Source: a bacterium
Lineage (GTDB): Bacteria; Chloroflexota; Dormibacteria; Aeolococcales; Aeolococcaceae
Length of the DNA stretch: 62,552 nt
Direction: 5' to 3'
NCBI GenBank assembly: GCA_014874355.1
Contig: JACWAJ010000048.1
Span: 1-62,552 of the forward strand
In this document: positions 56,721 through 62,552 of the stretch, piece after piece
Layout: every line of letters begins with the position of its first letter
Position numbering within the stretch: position 1 is the stretch's first letter
The notes under the pieces: model-generated
Seen by the model: only the letters and a program-made list of their open reading frames with translations
What the model was told of the DNA's origin: nothing
The model's database searches: none
Position numbers and translations under genes: made by a program

Positions 56721-58400
56721 CTAGGAGGCCTTCTGAGACTGGTACTTCACGTCGAATGTGATGCGCGAGGTGAAGAAGGGCAACACCGGCATTCCAAACG
56801 GAGTTTGAGTGATCTGGACGTCCACGACGGGACCCACCCGGCCCTGAAGAATCTTGCGCACATCGCCGGGGCTCTTACCTGTGAGTTGCGGTTTGAGGGC
56901 GTCGAAGTCCACGGCTGGACGGCTGTAGCCGGTGGCCTTGGCACTGATGATGACGGTCCCATCGGTACCTGCCTGGGTGATCTGAGGCTTTGCGTACTGA
57001 ACCTGATTGGTGACGAGTTGCTCTCCCTGCGGGACTTGGGCGTTGAGGTCGGAGAGTAGCGCCGCCTTGATGTCGTCGGCGCCGTAGACGACAGCCGTTC
57101 CCTGGCACGTGACGGTGATCTGGGTTTGTGAATACTCGTCGTTGGCGCTAGGCAACGCAGGGGTGCCACTACAGTTGGTGGTCGCGCCACCCCCGCTGGG
57201 ATCCTTGGCCAGCGTCTTGCCATTGGTCTTGGTCACGATCGCCTGGCTGACTTTGGCGGTGAGCTGTTGTTCACTTTGAGTCAACTGGTTCTGGAAGTTG
57301 GTGATGTCCTGTGGGCTGGCGATGACCACGGTCTTGGCATCGACCCCGCCAGAAGTCGCGGCGCTGTTGAATACCTGATAGTCGGAGGCGGAGCAGGGCG
57401 GGAACCCCGGTTGCGGATGTTCGCAAAGATTCTGCGGCCACTTGTTGATGCTCATAGAGGGGACATTGCTGGCAGCACTCGCCACCCGAGCCTGCACCGG
57501 CACAGGGACGGAGGCCGGACTGAAGTCGGCGCCGGAGGGGTTGGCCGGGAAGTTCACCGTCGCATCGGCAATGCTGACAAACGACTGCGGGGAGCTTCCC
57601 GAGGTGGCAAACTCGGTACCGGCCGGGATGGCGAATGCGAAGGGTGTGTCGAAAGGAACTCGCATCTTGATCTGAATACTGCCGGTTGCGGCCGTCGCCG
57701 GCAGTTGCTTGCTGCCGGTTGGATTAGCCGCAAACTTGGTGGTCTCAGTGTCGCTTGCCACCTGGGTGAGGATGTGATCGCCCTGCTTGGCAACCTTTGC
57801 ATCCGTGGTTCCTTGAATCACCGGATTGGCGGAAAGCGGCGTCGCGGCGATGGTGACGGTGAGGCGGGCGGAAGGGGCCACAAAAAGGAAGAGCAGAAGT
57901 CCGATGACGGCGACCGCAACGCCGGCGAAGTAGATGGGCTTACGGTCGCGTCGCCGTCCCGCAGTCGTGCTGTCGATCCGAGCTGGCGGCACAGGTGTAT
58001 GTGCGTCGACGCGTTCATCAGGTGGGCTGGCCGCCGTTGCTGCCGCCTGCTCGTCGGCTGCATCGCCATTGCCGGCAGTAGCCAGCGCCGCCCCAGATGC
58101 CGGGATCGCCCAGTGAGCCAGTTCCGTTTCGATGCCACGCTCCGCCGCCGGTATCGAGTTGTAAGTCGGAAACCCTCCGGTCCGAGACATCTGCTGGATG
58201 CGAGGATCCTCGCTTACGATCGAGACGTTCTTGCCGTTGGTTTTGGCGAACTGTCCGAGCAGGCGCACATTTAGCGGTGTCTGGAATGCTCGCGCATTCG
58301 GCGGCAACACCAGCGTAACGTCGCTGTCCGGAGAGTTCTTGACAGTATCGACAAGATCTGCAATCTCGTCGCCAACATCGATGTGGATGGGATTGGACAC
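56721..58400 (-). CDS. Hypothetical single-pass membrane protein: cytoplasmic N-domain, one TM helix, about 385-aa extracytoplasmic Thr/Ser/Ala/Gln-rich domain
   Basis: 559-aa ORF starting 3 nt after the stop of the FtsA-like gene. A basic patch (GRRRDRK) precedes the TM helix IYFAGVAVAVIGLLLFLFVAP. All 4 Cys residues are in the ectodomain. No family was recognised by eye. Confidence 0.7.
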   Translation of the reverse strand: MSNPIHIDVGDEIADLVDTVKNSPDSDVTLVLPPNARAFQTPLNVRLLGQFAKTNGKNVSIVSEDPRIQQMSRTGGFPTYNSIPAAERGIETELAHWAIPASGAALATAGNGDAADEQAAATAASPPDERVDAHTPVPPARIDSTTAGRRRDRKPIYFAGVAVAVIGLLLFLFVAPSARLTVTIAATPLSANPVIQGTTDAKVAKQGDHILTQVASDTETTKFAANPTGSKQLPATAATGSIQIKMRVPFDTPFAFAIPAGTEFATSGSSPQSFVSIADATVNFPANPSGADFSPASVPVPVQARVASAASNVPSMSINKWPQNLCEHPQPGFPPCSASDYQVFNSAATSGGVDAKTVVIASPQDITNFQNQLTQSEQQLTAKVSQAIVTKTNGKTLAKDPSGGGATTNCSGTPALPSANDEYSQTQITVTCQGTAVVYGADDIKAALLSDLNAQVPQGEQLVTNQVQYAKPQITQAGTDGTVIISAKATGYSRPAVDFDALKPQLTGKSPGDVRKILQGRVGPVVDVQITQTPFGMPVLPFFTSRITFDVKYQSQKAS

Positions 58401-58403
58401 CTT

Positions 58404-59669
58404 TCAGACCCTCATAGTCTTCAATACGCGGCGCATCAGGCCCCCCATGGGTTGATCCGCCTCGGCTTCGAGACTCACGGCGTGACGGGCAAGCCCCATT
58501 GGCGTCACGTCCTGGCTCGACCCGAGCAGGCCCGTGGTGTCGTAGACGTCGACGACATCGCCAGGGCCGAGGACCTTGACACTGGGGCGACGGGGGAATG
58601 GCACTGCGTCCGTCCACTCGAACGCCAGCAGTTGTTCGGCTACTTCAGGCAAAGATGCACCTCCACCGGCAAGGTAGATCGCCGGCGGCAGCGGTTCGCT
58701 GCCCGCCAGATCCTCCAGCACCAGCGCGACGCCCTGAGCCAGGACCTCGGCATTGCCGGTTACAGCACGATGTGCCATGGCGCGCTGTTCCGCGGGCAAC
58801 CGGCCCTCACCGTGCGCCACCTTGAATAGTTCGGCTTCGTCTAAAGGCATCGTCAGTTCGCTCGCAATCCGCCGGGTGAACGAGCGACCGCCCAGGGCAA
58901 ACATCCGCGTGGCCTCGATGCCACCGTGGCGCACCAGCGCGATGTCAGTGGTCCCCCCGCCGACATCGACGAAGATCCCCCCCAGCTCGAGAACATCGCC
59001 ACTGGCACAGCCGCGAGCCAGCGCGTAGGGTTCGGCAACCGTCGCCACCAGTTCAAGGTCCAATTCCTGGGCGATGGTCTGGAGTGCCCCGATGTGGGCA
59101 AGCGGCGCGAATGTATTGAAGACGGTGATCTCCATGACGTCACCCTGGAAATCCAAGGGGTTGTTGACGGAATAACCGTCGACCTTGACCGACGTCACGC
59201 TGCTGTGAACCAGCTTCACGTTCACATCGGTGACGCCGAGGTCCTGGGACATCTGCCGCACTGCCTCTTTGAGGGCGCGGCGTTGCACCGCCTGCAACGC
59301 CGTTGCGATCTCGGCCTGGGTGATTTTGGCCTGAGACTGGGGACGCTGCTTGGCAACAGTGGTACTGAAGCCACGCACCTGCTCCCCGGCAATGCCGATG
59401 ACGGCCTGGCCGGGGATGACCTGGCACATGTCTTCGGCTTCGCTGAGAGCCTTGTCGCAACTATCGATGACGGCCTGGATGTCGGCAACGGAACCGGCCT
59501 GCATGTCGGAGAGCGACTGGCGCACCCTGCCCACGCCGAGCACAATGCCGCGGCCTTCCTCGCGCTTGACCACCAACGCTTTGATGTACTCGGTGCCGAT
59601 GTCGAGGATGGTGTAGTGGCTGTGGAACTGATTGCGGCGGCGCAGCAGTTGGAACTTGCGCGGGCTCAT
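58404..59669 (-). CDS. Actin-fold ATPase, FtsA/PilM-like
   Basis: Phosphate-1 ILDIGTEYIKALVV, phosphate-2 FVDVGGGTTDIALV, and an adenosine motif region LAGGGASLP. The C-terminus has a basic amphipathic helix, GGLMRRVLKTMRV. There is a 4-nt overlap with alaS. Confidence 0.8.
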   Translation of the reverse strand: MSPRKFQLLRRRNQFHSHYTILDIGTEYIKALVVKREEGRGIVLGVGRVRQSLSDMQAGSVADIQAVIDSCDKALSEAEDMCQVIPGQAVIGIAGEQVRGFSTTVAKQRPQSQAKITQAEIATALQAVQRRALKEAVRQMSQDLGVTDVNVKLVHSSVTSVKVDGYSVNNPLDFQGDVMEITVFNTFAPLAHIGALQTIAQELDLELVATVAEPYALARGCASGDVLELGGIFVDVGGGTTDIALVRHGGIEATRMFALGGRSFTRRIASELTMPLDEAELFKVAHGEGRLPAEQRAMAHRAVTGNAEVLAQGVALVLEDLAGSEPLPPAIYLAGGGASLPEVAEQLLAFEWTDAVPFPRRPSVKVLGPGDVVDVYDTTGLLGSSQDVTPMGLARHAVSLEAEADQPMGGLMRRVLKTMRV

Positions 59670-62248
59670 GAGCCGCCTCCGTGTGATGCGATGGCCGCGC
59701 GAATCGCAGTCATCGCTGCGTTGCGCAAGGTTACGTCCTTGACCGCGCCCCGTGCGAAGTCCCGGCGGCCGCCACCCCGGCCGCCTGTCGCCTCTGCTCC
59801 AACGCGAACCAGGTCTCCCGCCGTAAGGCCGGCGGCGGCGGCGGCGGCGTCGACCTTGACGACGAGAGTATCGCAGCCGATGGCGATGGCAACCCCCCTG
59901 CCGCCCAGCTTCTCAGCGTAAATGCGGTCTACGGCTCCCACCACCGCATCGCCCTTTGCATCGACCATCAACATGCCTACGCGCCGACCCCCCAATTCCT
60001 CCACCGTTGCATTGTCGGCGGAATAGGCCTCGCTGCGGCGGGATGTTTCCGCGTCGCGCCCGATCTTCTTGAGCTGTGCTTGCAATGCAGTCACACGCGT
60101 CGGGACCTCGTCGGGGCGTACCTTGAGTTGTCGCGCAGTCTCGCGCAGCGCCGATCCCATGGTCTCCCAGTAGTGTTCGGCGGCATCTCCAACCCGCATC
60201 TCGATGCGCCGGATACCTTGACCGATGCTCGATTCTGAGGCGATGATCGCGGCCCCGAGATCACCGGTGCGTTCAACGTGGGTGCCACCGCAAACCTCTC
60301 GAGAAAAGCTCTCGAAGTCGACGACGCGTACCTCGGCACCGTATTTCTCACCGAACATGGCCATGGCGCCTGTCTGGCGCGCTTGCGCAATCGGGAGCAC
60401 GGAGACCTCGCGCTTGTAATTGCTCCGAATGGCAGCGTTGACGTGCCGTTCGAGTTGGAGCAACTCAGCCGGAGTGAGAGCCCTGGCGAAGCTGAAGTCG
60501 AAGGTGGTGTGGTCGGGAGCCACCAGCGAGCCCCGCTGGACCGCCGAGTCGCCAAGTATCTCGCGGAGCGCTTTGTGCAGCAGATGGGTGGCAGAGTGGT
60601 GCCGGGCGATCTGATCCCGGCGGGAACCGTCCACCGCCGCATGGACCCGCTGCCCAACGGCAAGGCTGCCACTGTCTACTCGAATCAGCACTGCGCTCTC
60701 GTCACCACTGGGGTAGGTCGCGTCGAGGACGCTGGCGCTGCCACCGTCCCAGGTGAGCCGACCAGTGTCGCCCACCTGCCCGCCTTTTTCGGCGTAGAAC
60801 GGCGTCGGGTCGATGACAACGATGTCCTCCTCGCCGACGAAGAGTTCCCCTCGCTCTTGAGCCTGGCCGACGCGGGTCACCACAGCCTCGGCATCTAGGC
60901 TCTCATAGCCGACGAAGGTTGACGAAGGCAACGCGAGCTCCCCCTCGAAGCCGGTCCGTTTCGCATGGGATTTGGAGCGGGTTCGCTGTTCAGCCATGGC
61001 GGCATCGAACCCGACGCGATCGACGGCGAGCCCTCGCTCTTGTGCCATCTCCTCAGTCAACTCGATGGGCAGTCCGTAGGTGTCATAGAGGCGAAACGCC
61101 TCGATGCCCGAAATGGTTCCGCCTCCGGCCAGAATCGCATCCAGCCGCTTGATGCCGGCCTCGATGGTGCGGGCGAAAGCCACCTCCTCACTCATCAGTT
61201 GCTGCTCAATGTGTGCCTGGTGCGCAGCCAGCTCAGAGTACACGCTCCCCATTACGGCCACGAGATCGACCACGCCTGCCGTAAGGCCACCCCGGAGCGA
61301 GAGCCGGCGGCCGTGCATCGCGGCGCGGCGGATGACCCGGCGCAACACGTAGCCACGACCCTCATTGGAGGGGAATACGCCGTCGGCGATCAGGAATGCG
61401 GCTCCACGCAGATGGTCGGCAAGCACATTGAGCGAGCGCTTGGATTCAGGAGTTGCCACGTCGGTGTGACAGCGAGCACGAAAGCCTGCGACGATCGGTG
61501 CGAACAGCTCGGTTTCGTACGCACTGCGAACCCCCTGGAGGACGGTCGTCATCCGCTCCAGCCCCATTCCGGTGTCGACGCAGCGGCCCGGCAGCGGAAC
61601 CCGCGTGCCGTCGTCCTGCTGGTCGAACTCCATGAAGACGAGATTCCAGATCTCCACCCAGCGGTCGCCGCCACACTCGTTTTGGGGTCGACACTCCGCC
61701 ATACCACAGGTACAGGGTCCGCCAAGATCCCAGTAGATCTCGCTGTCGTAACCGCAGGGACCGGTTGGACCTGCAGCCCACCAATTGTCATCGAGACGCG
61801 CGATCCTGGCCTCGGGGACACCGATGGTCTTGGTCCATATCTCCAAAGATTCGACGTCTTCGGGGTAGATACTCGGCCAGAGACGTTTCGGATCGAGCCC
61901 GAACTCGTTAGTCAGCAGCTCCCAGGCCCACCCAATGGCGTCAGCCTTGAAGTAGTCGCCGATCGACCAGTTGCCGAGCATCTCAAAGAAGGTATGGTGC
62001 GACGAGTCCCCTACAGAACTGATGTCATCGAGGATTCCCGAGCCGCGAAAACACTTCTGGCACGACGTCAGCCGTGGCCGGGGCGGGGTCTTCTGTCCGG
62101 ACAGGTAGGGCTTGATGGGCACCATTCCGGCCACGGTGAAGAGCAGTGCCGGGTCGTTGTGGGGTATCAACGACGCATTCGGCAGGCGAAGGTGGCCGCG
62201 TCTCTCGAAGAACTGGAGAAAACGCTCGCGGATGTCTTGACTGCGCAC
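59666..62248 (-). CDS. alaS: Alanine--tRNA ligase
   Basis: IRERFLQFFERRGH, FTVAGM, the editing-domain HxxxH / CxxxH motifs (HSATHLLH..., CGGTHV) and a C-terminal DHHA1-like domain. It has a GTG start. Confidence 0.95.
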   Translation of the reverse strand: MRSQDIRERFLQFFERRGHLRLPNASLIPHNDPALLFTVAGMVPIKPYLSGQKTPPRPRLTSCQKCFRGSGILDDISSVGDSSHHTFFEMLGNWSIGDYFKADAIGWAWELLTNEFGLDPKRLWPSIYPEDVESLEIWTKTIGVPEARIARLDDNWWAAGPTGPCGYDSEIYWDLGGPCTCGMAECRPQNECGGDRWVEIWNLVFMEFDQQDDGTRVPLPGRCVDTGMGLERMTTVLQGVRSAYETELFAPIVAGFRARCHTDVATPESKRSLNVLADHLRGAAFLIADGVFPSNEGRGYVLRRVIRRAAMHGRRLSLRGGLTAGVVDLVAVMGSVYSELAAHQAHIEQQLMSEEVAFARTIEAGIKRLDAILAGGGTISGIEAFRLYDTYGLPIELTEEMAQERGLAVDRVGFDAAMAEQRTRSKSHAKRTGFEGELALPSSTFVGYESLDAEAVVTRVGQAQERGELFVGEEDIVVIDPTPFYAEKGGQVGDTGRLTWDGGSASVLDATYPSGDESAVLIRVDSGSLAVGQRVHAAVDGSRRDQIARHHSATHLLHKALREILGDSAVQRGSLVAPDHTTFDFSFARALTPAELLQLERHVNAAIRSNYKREVSVLPIAQARQTGAMAMFGEKYGAEVRVVDFESFSREVCGGTHVERTGDLGAAIIASESSIGQGIRRIEMRVGDAAEHYWETMGSALRETARQLKVRPDEVPTRVTALQAQLKKIGRDAETSRRSEAYSADNATVEELGGRRVGMLMVDAKGDAVVGAVDRIYAEKLGGRGVAIAIGCDTLVVKVDAAAAAAGLTAGDLVRVGAEATGGRGGGRRDFARGAVKDVTLRNAAMTAIRAAIASHGGGS

Positions 62249-62552
62249 GTCTGTCCTGTAACGAAGCCCGCTCAGGCCAGCGGCGCTGGCGTTCGGGAAA
62301 CTTCGGGTGATTCTAGGACCTTATGCGCCACACGTGAATCTCGGGAAGAGTGATACGGACTCCCCAGTCGCAAAGAAGCAAGACACGATCGGGTTTCGAC
62401 ACCTAGCAGCCTGTCTTAAGTAATGCACCACTGCTGCCTCCACTCCGACTCACCGATCTCGGCGTCGGCTTCTCCGGTTCTCCCACGAGTACTGCAAGTA
62501 CGCGTGGTGCGATCCTCGTGCGCCTCCTTGACCTCGGCGGCCGGTGCGGCAC

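Noticed and set aside
62416-62552. Possible 3' end of a minus-strand gene entering from beyond the window (...EVKEAHEDRTTRTCSTRGRTGEADAEIGESEWRQQWCIT*).
   Set aside because: Only about 45 codons are visible and there is no recognisable motif. I cannot distinguish it from a chance open frame, so it is not reported as a feature.

Overview
High-GC (roughly 62-65%) bacterial chromosomal window, almost entirely core housekeeping genes, with about 60 of 65 genes on the minus strand in long, tightly packed arrays. Many neighbours are translationally coupled (ATGA, GTGA or TGATG stop/start overlaps). The gene order is Terrabacteria/Firmicutes-like. It runs spoVS-rny, recX-recA, aspS-hisS-rel, then proS / ispG-rseP-dxr-cdsA-uppS-frr-pyrH-tsf-rpsB and tgt-queA-ruvBAC-yebC. 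It continues with pheST-rplT-rpmI-infC, thrS, tRNA-Val, rsmA-tatD-rsmI, nadE plus a CN-hydrolase, and an exonuclease-DinG gene. The last block is plsC-cmk-rluB-scpBA-nadK-xseBA-nusB-asp23-efp and mltG-ruvX ... alaS. No CRISPR array, IS element, integrase or rRNA is visible. Many long ORFs in the six-frame track are antisense or read-through artefacts of the high GC content, so I trimmed several starts using stop/start overlaps and Shine-Dalgarno sequences. Six things stand out. (1) A two-gene module, an FtsA/PilM-like actin-fold ATPase plus a 559-aa single-pass membrane protein, is inserted between alaS and ruvX-mltG, close to an orphan prepilin peptidase. (2) A 525-bp gene-free gap (28512-29036) has a plus-strand promoter-like site, dense predicted RNA structure and a strong intrinsic terminator, but no matching coding gene, so it is a candidate orphan structured RNA. 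(3) RNase Y and IF-3 both appear to start at ATC. (4) A terminator-containing leader lies upstream of infC. (5) A plus-strand hicAB cassette splits thrS from infC. (6) There is a split, overlapping CN-hydrolase/NadE pair, a tandem-duplicated DUF1003 membrane protein, and two small Cys-rich ORFs. All family assignments come from motif recognition by eye; no database search was run.
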